Part shown: positions 48,761 to 59,509 of the stretch, piece after piece | How positions within the stretch are numbered: position 1 is the stretch's first letter | Layout: each line of letters starts with the position of its first letter | Origin: Bacteroidales bacterium | Lineage (GTDB): Bacteria; Bacteroidota; Bacteroidia; Bacteroidales; G3-4614 | Direction: 5' to 3' | DNA length: 64,000 nucleotides | Assembly (NCBI GenBank): GCA_017521245.1 | Contig: JAFXDI010000023.1 | Coordinates: forward strand, 1,614-65,613 | The notes under the pieces: model-generated | The model's database searches: none | What the model was told of the DNA's origin: nothing | Seen by the model: the letters and a program-made list of their open reading frames with translations, nothing else | Made by a program: the position numbers and the translations under genes

Positions 48761-51529
48761 ATGGAATACAATTTTAGGGAAATTGAGCAACGTTGGCAAG
48801 AGTTTTGGCAAAACAACGACACATACCGCGTAAAAGAGGATGAATCAAAACCCAAGTTTTATGTTCTTGATATGTTCCCCTACCCTTCGGGAGCAGGGTT
48901 GCATGTTGGACACCCACTCGGATACATAGCATCTGATATATTTGCACGTTACAAACGCCTAAAAGGGTTTAACGTACTTCACCCAATGGGATATGATGCA
49001 TACGGATTACCTGCTGAGCAATACGCTATTCAAACAGGACAACACCCTGCAATAACAACTCAAAAAAATATAGAACGTTATCGTAATCAATTAGACAAGA
49101 TAGGTTTCTGTTTTGATTGGAATAGAGAGGTTCGTACTTGCGACCCCGGCTACTATCGTTGGACACAATGGGCATTTGTACAAATGTTCAATAGCTACTA
49201 CGACAACACAGAAGATAAAGCAATGCCTATTAAGGATTTAATTGACAAATTCAGCAAAGAGGGAACTTATAATCTTAATGTTGCATGTAGCGAGGAGTTA
49301 GAGTTCACTGCCGAAGAGTGGAACGCCATGAGCAAAGTTGAGCAAGAGAAAATCTTGTTAAACTATCGTATAGCATACCTTGGAGATACAATGGTTAACT
49401 GGTGTCCAAAATTGGGAACAGTTCTTGCAAATGATGAGGTTAGCGAAGGAGTTTCAATTCGTGGAGGTTACCCTGTTGAGCAAAAAGTTATGCGTCAATG
49501 GTGTTTGAGAGTATCGGCATACGCTCAACGTCTATTGAACGGACTTGACAAAATTGATTGGAGCGACTCACTAAAAGAGACACAACGCAACTGGATTGGA
49601 AGAAGCGAGGGTGCTGAGATGCAATTTAAAGTTGCAAACTCAGACGTTGTCTTTACTATATTCACAACTCGTGCAGATACTATATTTGGTGTAACATTTA
49701 TGGTGTTGGCACCTGAAAGCGAGTATGTAAACCAAGTTGTTACAACAGAGCAAGCAGAAGAGGTTAAACAATACTTAGAGAGCATTAAACACAGAACAGA
49801 GCGTGAACGTATTGCCGACCGCAAAGTTACCGGAGTATTCACAGGTGCATACGCTATCAATCCTCTTAACAACAAAGAGATACCCATCTATATCAGTGAT
49901 TACGTTTTAGCAGGATACGGAACTGGAGCTATTATGGCTGTTCCTGCGCACGATAGTCGCGACTACGCTTTTGCAAAAACATTTAATCTTCCTATCATTC
50001 CATTGATTGAGGGGTGCGATGTTTCAGAGGAGAGTTTTGATGCAAAAGAGGGTAAAATGATGAACTCTGAAGGCAACGGACTTAACCTTAACGGACTTGA
50101 AGTAAAAGAGGCTATCGCCAAAACAAAAGAGTTTATAAAAGAGAACAATCTTGGAAAGGTAAAAGTAAATTATCGTTTGCGTGATGCAATATTCAGCCGC
50201 CAAAGATATTGGGGAGAGCCATTCCCAGTTTACTACAAAGAGGGAATGCCTTATATGTTACCCGATGAGAAGTTACCACTACAACTTCCTGAGATTGACA
50301 AATATCTGCCAACCGAGAGCGGAGAGCCTCCATTGGGAAGAGCAAAAAACTGGGAGACAGCAGAGCACTATCCATTAGAACTCTGCACAATGCCGGGATT
50401 TGCAGGCTCATCGGCATACTACTTACGCTATATGGATCCACACAATCCAACAGCACTTGTATCAAAAGAGGCAAATGAGTATTGGAGAAATGTTGACCTA
50501 TACATAGGAGGAACAGAGCACGCAACAGGGCACTTAATTTATAGCCGTTTCTGGAATAAATTCTTATTTGACTTAGGAGTTGTCTGCGAGGACGAGCCAT
50601 TCAAAAAACTTGTAAACCAAGGAATGATTCAAGGACGTTCAAACTTTGTATATCGTATAAAAGATACCAATACATTTGTCTCACTAAACCTAAAAGGCAA
50701 CTATGACACAACACCTATTCACGTTGACGTAAACATTGTAAGCAACGACCGCTTGGATATTGAGGCATTCCGCAACTGGAATCCCGAATACAAAAATGCG
50801 GAGTTCATCTTAGAGGATGGCGAGTATATTTGTGGATGGGCAGTTGAGAAGATGTCAAAATCGATGTTCAATGTTGTAAATCCTGATGATATAGTTGAGC
50901 GTTACGGAGCAGACACACTACGTTTATACGAAATGTTCCTTGGTCCTTTGGAGCAAAGCAAACCTTGGGATACAAACGGAATTGACGGAGTTCACCGCTT
51001 TATCAAAAAACTTTGGAACTTGTTCTACGACAAAGAGACATTGGCCATTACCGATGAAGAGGCTACACCAGAGGAGTTGAAAGCACTTCACAAACTTATC
51101 AATAAAGTTGGTTCAGATATTGAGAACTTCTCATTCAACACTTCGGTAAGTGCATTTATGATTTGTGTAAATGAGTTAACATCATTGAAGTGCCGTAAGA
51201 GAGCAATCCTAAAAGAGTTGGTAATACTACTTGCACCATTTACTCCTCACCTTTGCGAAGAGTTATGGAGTCTGTTAGGATTTGAGCCATCAGTTTGTGA
51301 TGCTCCATGGCCTGTATATAATGCCGAGTTTACAAAAGAGAGTACAATAAACTATGCAATATCTTTCAATGGTAAGATGCGTTTCAATATGTCGTTCCCT
51401 GCTGATGCAGCAAAAGAGGATATTGAAAAAGCAGTATTGGAAGCTGAACAATCAGCAAAATGGATTGACGGCAAAACACCTAAAAAGATTATTGTTGTAC
51501 CAAACAAACTTGTAAATATTGTAATATAG
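48761..51529 (+). CDS. leuS: leucine--tRNA ligase
   Basis: I prefer ATG 48761 ([16 protein letters not shown]). HIGH-type [13 protein letters not shown] ([10 protein letters not shown]). A -7-like box TACCTTTG lies at 48717-48724. The track start 48722 is a TTG. Confidence 0.97.
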   Translation: MEYNFREIEQRWQEFWQNNDTYRVKEDESKPKFYVLDMFPYPSGAGLHVGHPLGYIASDIFARYKRLKGFNVLHPMGYDAYGLPAEQYAIQTGQHPAITTQKNIERYRNQLDKIGFCFDWNREVRTCDPGYYRWTQWAFVQMFNSYYDNTEDKAMPIKDLIDKFSKEGTYNLNVACSEELEFTAEEWNAMSKVEQEKILLNYRIAYLGDTMVNWCPKLGTVLANDEVSEGVSIRGGYPVEQKVMRQWCLRVSAYAQRLLNGLDKIDWSDSLKETQRNWIGRSEGAEMQFKVANSDVVFTIFTTRADTIFGVTFMVLAPESEYVNQVVTTEQAEEVKQYLESIKHRTERERIADRKVTGVFTGAYAINPLNNKEIPIYISDYVLAGYGTGAIMAVPAHDSRDYAFAKTFNLPIIPLIEGCDVSEESFDAKEGKMMNSEGNGLNLNGLEVKEAIAKTKEFIKENNLGKVKVNYRLRDAIFSRQRYWGEPFPVYYKEGMPYMLPDEKLPLQLPEIDKYLPTESGEPPLGRAKNWETAEHYPLELCTMPGFAGSSAYYLRYMDPHNPTALVSKEANEYWRNVDLYIGGTEHATGHLIYSRFWNKFLFDLGVVCEDEPFKKLVNQGMIQGRSNFVYRIKDTNTFVSLNLKGNYDTTPIHVDVNIVSNDRLDIEAFRNWNPEYKNAEFILEDGEYICGWAVEKMSKSMFNVVNPDDIVERYGADTLRLYEMFLGPLEQSKPWDTNGIDGVHRFIKKLWNLFYDKETLAITDEEATPEELKALHKLINKVGSDIENFSFNTSVSAFMICVNELTSLKCRKRAILKELVILLAPFTPHLCEELWSLLGFEPSVCDAPWPVYNAEFTKESTINYAISFNGKMRFNMSFPADAAKEDIEKAVLEAEQSAKWIDGKTPKKIIVVPNKLVNIVI

Positions 51530-51557
51530 AATTACAAATAAAACAACATAACTAAAG

Positions 51558-51588
51558 AAAGCATCGAGAATACTCGGTGCTTTTTTTA
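51558..51588 (+). terminator. rho-independent terminator after leuS
   Basis: 8-bp stem GCATCGAG / CTCGGTGC (one G-T pair), loop AATA, then T7. Confidence 0.75.
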
Positions 51589-51596
51589 TCTAACAA

Positions 51597-51645
51597 CTGA
51601 AAACTAATAGCTTAAAACTGGCAACCGACAGCTGAAACCTATTGC
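51597..51645. repeat. degenerate heptamer-phased tract (7 x CTnnnnn)
   Basis: Reads as CTGAAAA CTAATAG CTTAAAA CTGGCAA CCGACAG CTGAAAC CTATTGC, directly after the leuS terminator. Confidence 0.45.
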
Positions 51646-51725
51646 ATTATTAATAAATTTTATATTATTTTGTAACTTGGCATAAGTTTAAATTAGAAAT
51701 TTAAAAACAATATAACCAATAAATT

Positions 51726-54700
51726 ATGAGATCTAAAGCAATTCTATTTCTTGCATTGTTTGTAACACTATTTGCAACTAATGCAAAAGCCGCCTATGAT
51801 GTTTCTCATGGGGCAAACGTGAATATCTCACACTCAACGCACTATCCCATAGCAGTAAACATTAGTGGGACAGAGAGTCCCGTTCAGTTACTAAACAACA
51901 TTGCAACCGCACCCAGATGTGCGGCATACTTTGACAAGACAAGCACTGTATTTGAAGTAAGAGCAGGAGAAACTGTTACTCCAAATATCTCAATCAACGG
52001 AGACTGGATGCATGGTTATGTATATGTCGATTGGAACAACAATGGGCAATTTGACGTTAACATTACCGGAACAGGACCTTACACTAAAGGAACAAACAAT
52101 GAGTTGATGTGCTGGTCACTATACGGACACAACACCGATGGAGATACAGGATACAACAGCGATGGAGTATATCAATCAAGCGGAAATGTTCTTGCTCCGG
52201 GTTCTTTCACCGTTCCTGCTGGATTATCAGAGGGAGCAACTTTCCGTATGCGTTACAAAGTTGAGTGGAACAATATTGAACCCGCCGGATCATCAAGCAA
52301 TAAATTCTTAATAGACGGAGGTTCTATCATTGACGTTACTCTTAAAATTGTAGCAAGCAGTGGCAATATTGATACAGATGAACAATATCCTATTAATGAC
52401 TACACAGAGCCTCGCGTTGGAACAACTCCCGATGAAGCTGCGTGGTCAACAATTGAGGACGGATTAAACGCAACATGGGCATCACGCGACGTACACTATA
52501 AATTGCACGAAGTTCCCGAAGTTACAAAGAAGAGCGAAGCAACAATCTACGCTTGGCAAGGAGAACGTGCAAACATTCAAGCATTGCTTTATAGCAAAAC
52601 AGATCAAGGCTATTTGAGTGTTCGTATGACAACATGGAAGAAAGGCGAAACAGCAACAACCATAAATGCAGGTGAGGCTCGTTTTGTAAACTATGTTATT
52701 ACAGATGATTACAAACAATGTGGTGATCATCCCATTAACTTAACACCATGGTTGGTAGCCGATGTCATTGACCAAGACAAACCACACGCAGTTCCAGCAA
52801 TGGAGACCCGCCCTGTATGGTGTAAAATAGAGGTTCCTCGCAATATAGAGGCAGGAACATATAACACAACTTTGGAGATTGTTGATGAAAACGAGCAAGT
52901 AGTTGAGACATTAAAACTATATATAAACGTAAACAGTCGTTCAATTCCTGAGGTTAAAGATCAAAAATTCCACTTAGACTTTTGGCAACAACCATACGCA
53001 GTAAGTCGTTACTACCAAGTTGACCGCTGGAGCGATGCTCACATTGAAGCACTTCGCCCATACCTTGAGGCATTAGGTAAAGCAGGACAAAGAACAGTTA
53101 CTGCAATTCTGTTCTACGAACCTTGGGGAGTTCAATCACACGACAAATTTGACCCAATGATTCAAACAACAAAGAAAACAGATGGAACATGGAGTTATGA
53201 CTATACAATATTCGACAAATATGTAAACCTATGTGCCGAGTATGGTATTGACAAACAGATAAACTGTTTCAGCATGGTACCATGGGATATGAGTTTCCGC
53301 TATTGGGACGAGGCAACAAATTCATACCAAACCATTTCAACCACAACAGGAACAACAACATACCAAGACCTCTGGAATAGTTTCCTATCATCATTCAAAG
53401 CACACCTGCAATCAAAAGGGTGGTTTGACAAGACAAACATTGCTATGGATGAGCGTGCAGAGGCAGATATGTTGAACGCATATAACATTGCAAGTGGTTT
53501 AGGATTTAAGATGGCATTGGCAGGAAACTATCACTCATCATTGAGCGACAAACTTCAGGATTTCTGCGTAGCATTAGGACAAGACAAGAGTTTCACCGAT
53601 GCACAACGCCAATATCGTAAATCAAACAACATGGTAACAACCGTATATACAAGTTGTGCCGATGTTGAACCAAACATCTACTCAAACTCACTTCCAGCAG
53701 AGGCAACATTCTTACCTATCTACGCTGCGGCAAACGATTTGAGCGGATACCTACACTGGTCATGGATGAACTGGGCAGAAAACCCATTAAAAGATACACG
53801 TTTCCGTTTGTTTGGAGCAGGAGATACATATTGCTACTACCCAGGCAATCGTTCAAGTGTAAGATTTGAACGTTTAGTTGAGGGAATACACCAATATGAA
53901 AAGATACAAATTCTAAAAGAGGAGTATAAAAACGACTCTGAAAAATTGGCTACACTTAACGGATTGTTAGACAGATTTATGAGCAGTTCGGTTGCAGGAG
54001 AGCAATGTGCTAAATATGTTAATGATTTGGAGAACTTCCTCAATGGACTCGATGTTACGATACCAACACCTCAGGATGTAACAACAGGATACTACCATAT
54101 AGTGAGCCGTGCAACTGCTCGTACCGAGAATATCTATAACGATGCATTCCTAAGCGGTAACACCAAGAAATTTACACTTCAATCAGACAGTAAAGTTACT
54201 ACCAACAATGGTATATGGCATGTAACAGTTAATAGCAACACACTTGGCATTAAGAACGGAGACGGAAACAACTTGATTGCAGGAGCAAGTTACTATGGAA
54301 ATGTAGTAGGTAATTTCAGTCAACTAACAATTGGCTCAACTTACGATGTTGGCGAGTACCGTTACTACTTCTTTAATGAAGCACTAAACTGTACAAACGG
54401 AGATGTAAACTTCAAAGTAAACAATATCGACTACGTAACAACATGGACAGACGGTCCAGCTACTGCCGATGACCTACAATGGCGTTTTGAGCCAGTTGAT
54501 ATGGAAGGCAAGAGAGCATACACCGTAGTTTTGAACGGAGCTGCATCGGGAGCATACGTTACATATACACACGGCATAGTAGTTGAGAAAGCATTTAACG
54601 GAGGATTCTTTATTGCTCCAGAAAATGTTGCCGCAACAGCATTCTCGGTTGTTGTTCCCAACGAAATTGTATTAGGAGCAGATATTCAAGTAGCAAACGG

Positions 54701-57674
54701 CACAATTACAGTTTCTAACATTGTATTAATGGAAGAGCCTGAAAAGATTGAGTTGTTCAACACGAGTAGAGGTAGTATGACTATCCCTCCCTATCGTATT
54801 CCGGGTATCGCAAAAACAAGCACAGGACGCCTAATAGCAGTTGCAGGACGTTTGGTCTGCGGAACAGACCCCGGATACGGACAAGTTGACGCAGTATGTC
54901 GTATAAGTGATGACAACGGAAAAACTTGGGGAGCAGAAAAAGATATTGCTGTTGGAACAGGACGAACATCAGCAACCGTAAACTACTTTGATACAGCCTT
55001 TGGAGATCCTGCCATTGTTGCAGACCGTACAAGCCAAGAGGTAGCAGTTATAGTAGTTGCAGGATGTACAGTATATGGCAATGGTAACACAACTCGTAGT
55101 AACCCAAATAAGATAGGAATAATACACAGTACCGATAACGGAAACACATGGGGGACACCTGTTGATATTACAGAACAAATCTACTCATTGTTTGACAGCG
55201 GTAATCCAATTGAATCGGCATTCGTAGCAGGAGGTAAAGTATTCCAAAGCCGTATAGTTAAGAAAGGGCAATACTACCGTTTATACGCTGCAATGTGTGC
55301 TCGTCCCAACGGAAACCGAGTAATATACTCTGACGACTTTGGACGTACTTGGCATGCACTTGGAGGAGCAAGTGCACTACCGGCACCCAGCGGTGATGAG
55401 CCAAAATGCGAAGAGACACCAGACGGACGCGTAATACTCTCAAGCCGTACAGCAGGTGGTCGTTACTATAATATATTCACCTACACCAACACAATGGAGG
55501 CTGAAGGAAGTTGGAGTACCGATGTTAAGAGTACATTCTCCGGTTCAGGTAAAACTCCGGGAAACAACTCAACCAATGGAGAAATTTTGATTGTTCCCGT
55601 TAAACGCAACAGCGACAACAAAGAGATGTACTTGGCATTGCAATCTCTTCCAACCGGAAGCAGTCGTACAAATGTTGGAATCTTCTACAAAGAGCTCACA
55701 GAATATTCTGATTATAGCAATGTGGCAAACCTTGCAACGGGTTGGGACGGATACTACGAAGTAAGTTCAACTGCTTCGGCATATAGTTCAATGGATCTAC
55801 AAGCCGACAACAAAATAGCCTTTATCTACGAGGAGACATTAACAAAACATGGTACAGCACAAAACCCAGTATCAACAAGTTTCCCAACAGGAGCAGGAAC
55901 TCACAACTATGATGGATTCGACAACTTCTATATTGGCTACAACTTGGAGTATATAACCAATGGAGCATATAGCGTTAAAACAGACGTAAATCGTGGAAAC
56001 ATTGTAAAGAAATATCTAACATCATACGTTGCAAATGCTGAGGCATCAGAAGAACTTAAAGCCGAAGCAAACGAGGCAGTAGAGGCACTGGGAGATAACC
56101 CAACAACAACCGAAATTGATAACATATATACACTACTCCAACCACGCGACCCTTTTGACGGTAAGGTTGTAACATTCACAAACGTTCAACAAAACGGGAT
56201 GGAATACACCATATATGTTAACAGTAGCAACAAACTTGCATTGAGCAGTTCAAATGCAACAACACTTGGAGAGAGCGCACAATTTGAGTGTACAAAACAA
56301 GATAATGGCAAATACTCATTTCGCAATGTTGCAACAAATATGTATATGATATGGCGTGCAGGGGATAGCCAAAATTATGGATATAACAGCAATTCAGGAA
56401 CATTATCAACATACAATGCAACATATTGCGACTTCTCAATAGTTGACGGAAGTTCAACAAAAGAGGGAACATACTATATGGTTGGTAAGAGAGACGGCGG
56501 TTCATCAGAGGGAACATTTGTAGCAATGTCAGCAACAGGAGTCTTTGACTCATGGGGCAACTCAGTTGCATGGTCAAGCACATACAGCAACCTATATAAA
56601 ATAGGCTTTATAGAGATTGCTCCCACAACATATACAGTTACAGTATCAACCGAGAACTCTTTGTACGGAACAGTAGCAATTCAAGGAAACACAGGAACAA
56701 CAGCAGATATTGAAGAGGGAGCAACTGTTACAGTAGTTGCAACACCAGCTGAAAGTTATCAATTTGAGGGTTGGTATTCAAACGGAACAGAGGTTAGTGC
56801 AGATGCTTCGTACACATTTACAGTATCGGCAGAAACATCATTACAAGCAAGATTTGAGGAGATTCCTACCACTCCCGAAGAGCCAGAGTACTGTACAACT
56901 TTCGGCACATCAACTCGCACAAACGGAGATAGAAAATTAACCTCATTCACACTTTCTGACGGAGCAAACGAAGGCACAATAGACGTAAATCAATCATCTG
57001 CATCAGGAGCAAATATATATTTTGACAAAACAGATATTGCAATATCACTTGAAGCAGGCAAAGAGATTACATCAACAATCAATTGGTCTGGAACATGGAT
57101 GCACTCATACTTGTACATCGACTTCAACGATGACAAAGAGTTTACCCCAGTAGTATTAAATAATGCAGTAACAGAAGATAGCGAGTTACTGTCATACTCA
57201 TTCTGGGCAGGAACAGACGGAGCACCATCAACCACAGGAGCAAACGACAGTTACGGATACAACAGTGCTGGTCAATATATAACAGGAGATAATCGTTCAG
57301 TATGGGCATTACCGGCATTTACTATCCCGTCAACGGTAGCAGAGGGAACTTATCGTGCAAGGCTAAAAATAGACTGGAACACTGCTAACGCATGTGCAAT
57401 AAACAGCACCGACGAAGCACCTTGTATTGTTGACTTTATGATAACAGTAACATATCCCGATGGAATCGCAGATGCCGATGCTAACACAGTAAAAGTTTTC
57501 GCAACTGACAGAGGTATTATCATAAAAGGTTACGAAGGCAACGTAAAAGTAGTAAACGTAGTTGGACAACTTATTAAAGACCTATACGTAAACGGAGAGG
57601 CTCAACTTGACATAAACGCAGGTTTCTACATTGTAGTAACCGGAGAGAAAGCAACAGAGGTAGTAGTTAAATAG
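51726..57674 (+). CDS. 1982-aa T9SS cargo: GEVED-like domain, DUF4091/GH123-like region, unassigned beta-rich domains, GH33 sialidase, InlB B-repeat, second GEVED-like domain, T9SS CTD
   Basis: Signal peptide MRSKAILFLALFVTLFATNAKA. Sialidase YRIP motif (Y1023) and three Asp boxes (SDDNGKTW, STDNGNTW, SDDFGRTW). C-terminal sorting-domain pattern (VKVVNVVGQLIKDLYVNGEAQLDINAGFYIVVTGEKATEVVVK). Confidence 0.85.
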   Translation: MRSKAILFLALFVTLFATNAKAAYDVSHGANVNISHSTHYPIAVNISGTESPVQLLNNIATAPRCAAYFDKTSTVFEVRAGETVTPNISINGDWMHGYVYVDWNNNGQFDVNITGTGPYTKGTNNELMCWSLYGHNTDGDTGYNSDGVYQSSGNVLAPGSFTVPAGLSEGATFRMRYKVEWNNIEPAGSSSNKFLIDGGSIIDVTLKIVASSGNIDTDEQYPINDYTEPRVGTTPDEAAWSTIEDGLNATWASRDVHYKLHEVPEVTKKSEATIYAWQGERANIQALLYSKTDQGYLSVRMTTWKKGETATTINAGEARFVNYVITDDYKQCGDHPINLTPWLVADVIDQDKPHAVPAMETRPVWCKIEVPRNIEAGTYNTTLEIVDENEQVVETLKLYINVNSRSIPEVKDQKFHLDFWQQPYAVSRYYQVDRWSDAHIEALRPYLEALGKAGQRTVTAILFYEPWGVQSHDKFDPMIQTTKKTDGTWSYDYTIFDKYVNLCAEYGIDKQINCFSMVPWDMSFRYWDEATNSYQTISTTTGTTTYQDLWNSFLSSFKAHLQSKGWFDKTNIAMDERAEADMLNAYNIASGLGFKMALAGNYHSSLSDKLQDFCVALGQDKSFTDAQRQYRKSNNMVTTVYTSCADVEPNIYSNSLPAEATFLPIYAAANDLSGYLHWSWMNWAENPLKDTRFRLFGAGDTYCYYPGNRSSVRFERLVEGIHQYEKIQILKEEYKNDSEKLATLNGLLDRFMSSSVAGEQCAKYVNDLENFLNGLDVTIPTPQDVTTGYYHIVSRATARTENIYNDAFLSGNTKKFTLQSDSKVTTNNGIWHVTVNSNTLGIKNGDGNNLIAGASYYGNVVGNFSQLTIGSTYDVGEYRYYFFNEALNCTNGDVNFKVNNIDYVTTWTDGPATADDLQWRFEPVDMEGKRAYTVVLNGAASGAYVTYTHGIVVEKAFNGGFFIAPENVAATAFSVVVPNEIVLGADIQVANGTITVSNIVLMEEPEKIELFNTSRGSMTIPPYRIPGIAKTSTGRLIAVAGRLVCGTDPGYGQVDAVCRISDDNGKTWGAEKDIAVGTGRTSATVNYFDTAFGDPAIVADRTSQEVAVIVVAGCTVYGNGNTTRSNPNKIGIIHSTDNGNTWGTPVDITEQIYSLFDSGNPIESAFVAGGKVFQSRIVKKGQYYRLYAAMCARPNGNRVIYSDDFGRTWHALGGASALPAPSGDEPKCEETPDGRVILSSRTAGGRYYNIFTYTNTMEAEGSWSTDVKSTFSGSGKTPGNNSTNGEILIVPVKRNSDNKEMYLALQSLPTGSSRTNVGIFYKELTEYSDYSNVANLATGWDGYYEVSSTASAYSSMDLQADNKIAFIYEETLTKHGTAQNPVSTSFPTGAGTHNYDGFDNFYIGYNLEYITNGAYSVKTDVNRGNIVKKYLTSYVANAEASEELKAEANEAVEALGDNPTTTEIDNIYTLLQPRDPFDGKVVTFTNVQQNGMEYTIYVNSSNKLALSSSNATTLGESAQFECTKQDNGKYSFRNVATNMYMIWRAGDSQNYGYNSNSGTLSTYNATYCDFSIVDGSSTKEGTYYMVGKRDGGSSEGTFVAMSATGVFDSWGNSVAWSSTYSNLYKIGFIEIAPTTYTVTVSTENSLYGTVAIQGNTGTTADIEEGATVTVVATPAESYQFEGWYSNGTEVSADASYTFTVSAETSLQARFEEIPTTPEEPEYCTTFGTSTRTNGDRKLTSFTLSDGANEGTIDVNQSSASGANIYFDKTDIAISLEAGKEITSTINWSGTWMHSYLYIDFNDDKEFTPVVLNNAVTEDSELLSYSFWAGTDGAPSTTGANDSYGYNSAGQYITGDNRSVWALPAFTIPSTVAEGTYRARLKIDWNTANACAINSTDEAPCIVDFMITVTYPDGIADADANTVKVFATDRGIIIKGYEGNVKVVNVVGQLIKDLYVNGEAQLDINAGFYIVVTGEKATEVVVK
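52437..54050 (+). other. DUF4091 / GH123-like region (tentative, approximate bounds)
   Basis: ATIYAWQGERANIQALLYS, HLDFWQQPY, and an adjacent Asp-Glu pair in NIAMDERAE (D575-E576, nt 53448-53453). Family call is from memory only. Confidence 0.45.
54747..55960 (+). other. GH33 exo-alpha-sialidase catalytic domain (approximate bounds)
   Basis: YRIPGIAKTSTGRLIAV, three S-x-D-x-G-x-T-W Asp boxes, DEPK, AYSSMD (candidate nucleophile Tyr), FIYEE. Confidence 0.85.
57474..57671 (+). other. T9SS C-terminal sorting domain
   Basis: The last ~65 aa have the alternating beta-strand pattern and terminal K typical of Por secretion tails. Confidence 0.7.
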
Positions 57675-57716
57675 ATTTGTCAGTTATTAGACAATAAAAA
57701 CATAGTAATATAATTA

Positions 57717-57749
57717 AAGCGAGGTAGTTTAGCTACCTCGCTTATTTTT
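57717..57749. terminator. bidirectional rho-independent terminator between the sialidase gene and the ACT gene
   Basis: Perfect 11-bp stem AAGCGAGGTAG / CTACCTCGCTT with 5-nt loop. ATTTTTG follows on the plus strand; the minus-strand side is also T-rich. Confidence 0.75.
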
Positions 57750-57784
57750 GCACCAATCAGCCTTATCAGTCTAATTGAATTTTA

Positions 57785-58165
57785 CTATTTAATTGCTTCC
57801 ACACAAGCGTCAATATCAGCAGTTTTGATAACGATATTTGCAACGCCACCTTGAGCAAAGGCATACATATACTCAATTGAGATATTCTTTGAAGAGATAT
57901 TCTCAACAATTGAAGCTAATGCTCCGGGTTGGTTAGGAACTTCAACACACACAACATCGCTCTCTTTAACTGCAAAGTGAGCCTCTTTAAGAATCTTTGT
58001 TGCAAGAGCATTATCCGACACCAATAGGCGGAGGATACCAAAGTCGCTACTTTCAGCAAGGCTGAAAGCAAACATATCCACACCATTAGCAGCCAACACT
58101 TTTGCTACCTCGTTAATTCTTCCTGCACGGTTTTCAAGAAACACCGATAACTGTTTTACTATCAT
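57785..58165 (-). CDS. ACT domain-containing protein
   Basis: 126 aa, two short ACT-like halves (LSVFLENRAGRINEV...). Sits 34 nt downstream of the phenylacetate-CoA ligase gene. Confidence 0.8.
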   Translation of the reverse strand: MIVKQLSVFLENRAGRINEVAKVLAANGVDMFAFSLAESSDFGILRLLVSDNALATKILKEAHFAVKESDVVCVEVPNQPGALASIVENISSKNISIEYMYAFAQGGVANIVIKTADIDACVEAIK

Positions 58166-58199
58166 AACTCTTATATTTTTTTAGATGTGGTTTATAATA

Positions 58200-59501
58200 T
58201 TATTCAAGAACACGTTTATCAATTACTCTCTTTGATTTACCAACACTACGCTCAAGAGTGTTAGGCGAAACAATCTTGACATCAGCCGATATACTCAACA
58301 CGCTTTGTAGGCGACGAGCAAGACGATCGCGCATCTCAATTGTTTTATTAATCTCATCAGAGTAGTACTCCTCCTTAAGTTCAACATGCACTTCAAGGTT
58401 ATCGCGGTTATTCTCACGAGTAACAACAAGCAAGTATTGAGGTTCAAACTCTGGCAACTGAAGAATAACACTCTCAATTTGTGATGGGAATACATTGATA
58501 CCACGAATAATCAACATATCATCGCTACGTCCCATAATACGAGTCATTCTCACACTTGTACGTCCACACTCGCAAGGTTCATAAATTAAAGAACAAAGAT
58601 CTTTAGTTCTGTAACGCAACAGAGGCATACCCTCTTTAGTAAGGGTAGTAAATACCAACTCTCCTTGCTCACCTTCGGGTAACACCTCGCAAGTTTCAGG
58701 ATTTATGATTTCAGGGAAGAAGTGATCTTCGATGATATGTGAGCCATTCTTGCACTCACACTCATGCGACACACCGGGACCCATAATCTCGCTCAATCCA
58801 TATATGTTATAAGCATCTATTTGTAACTTCTCCTCAAGGCTCTTACGCATATTCTCAGTCCAAGGCTCACCACCAAATATACCTATACGAAGTTTTAGGT
58901 CATCAGGAGTAATTCCTTTTTTACGCATAACCTCAGCCATGTGCAGAGCATACGAAGGAGTACAAGCCACGCCAGTAATACCCAAATCTTTTATAAGAAG
59001 AATATGTTTGTCGGTGTTACCGCTCGAAGTTGGAACAACCGATGCACCCAAATGTTCAACACCATAGTGCAAACCTAAACCACCAGTAAACAATCCGTAA
59101 CCGTATGCCACAGAGATAGTATCTTCGCGTGAAGCGCCAAAAGCGGCCAAACAACGAGCAATAGCCTCTGACCAAACAGCAAGATCTCTGCGAGTATAAC
59201 CCACAACTGTTGGGCGTCCTGTTGTTCCAGACGAAGCGTGAACTCTCACAATAGCCGATTGAGGAACAGCATTCAATCCAAACGGATAGTTATCGCGAAG
59301 GTCTTGCTTAGTAGTAAAAGGCAATTTTTTAATATCATCAATAGTTTTGATGTCATCAGGCATAATATTCATAGCCTGCATCTTTTCGCGATAGAAAGGC
59401 ACATTGTGATATACATTATCAACCAATTTTCTTAATCTTGCACCTTGAAGTTGTCGCATCTCCTCTCGCGACATACACTCCTTATTTTTATTCCAAATCA
59501 T
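58200..59501 (-). CDS. paaK: phenylacetate--CoA ligase family protein (PaaK-like)
   Basis: 433 aa. SSGTTGRPT AMP-binding motif, PaaK-type length and layout. Confidence 0.9.
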   Translation of the reverse strand: MIWNKNKECMSREEMRQLQGARLRKLVDNVYHNVPFYREKMQAMNIMPDDIKTIDDIKKLPFTTKQDLRDNYPFGLNAVPQSAIVRVHASSGTTGRPTVVGYTRRDLAVWSEAIARCLAAFGASREDTISVAYGYGLFTGGLGLHYGVEHLGASVVPTSSGNTDKHILLIKDLGITGVACTPSYALHMAEVMRKKGITPDDLKLRIGIFGGEPWTENMRKSLEEKLQIDAYNIYGLSEIMGPGVSHECECKNGSHIIEDHFFPEIINPETCEVLPEGEQGELVFTTLTKEGMPLLRYRTKDLCSLIYEPCECGRTSVRMTRIMGRSDDMLIIRGINVFPSQIESVILQLPEFEPQYLLVVTRENNRDNLEVHVELKEEYYSDEINKTIEMRDRLARRLQSVLSISADVKIVSPNTLERSVGKSKRVIDKRVLE

Positions 59502-59509
59502 CTTTTTTA

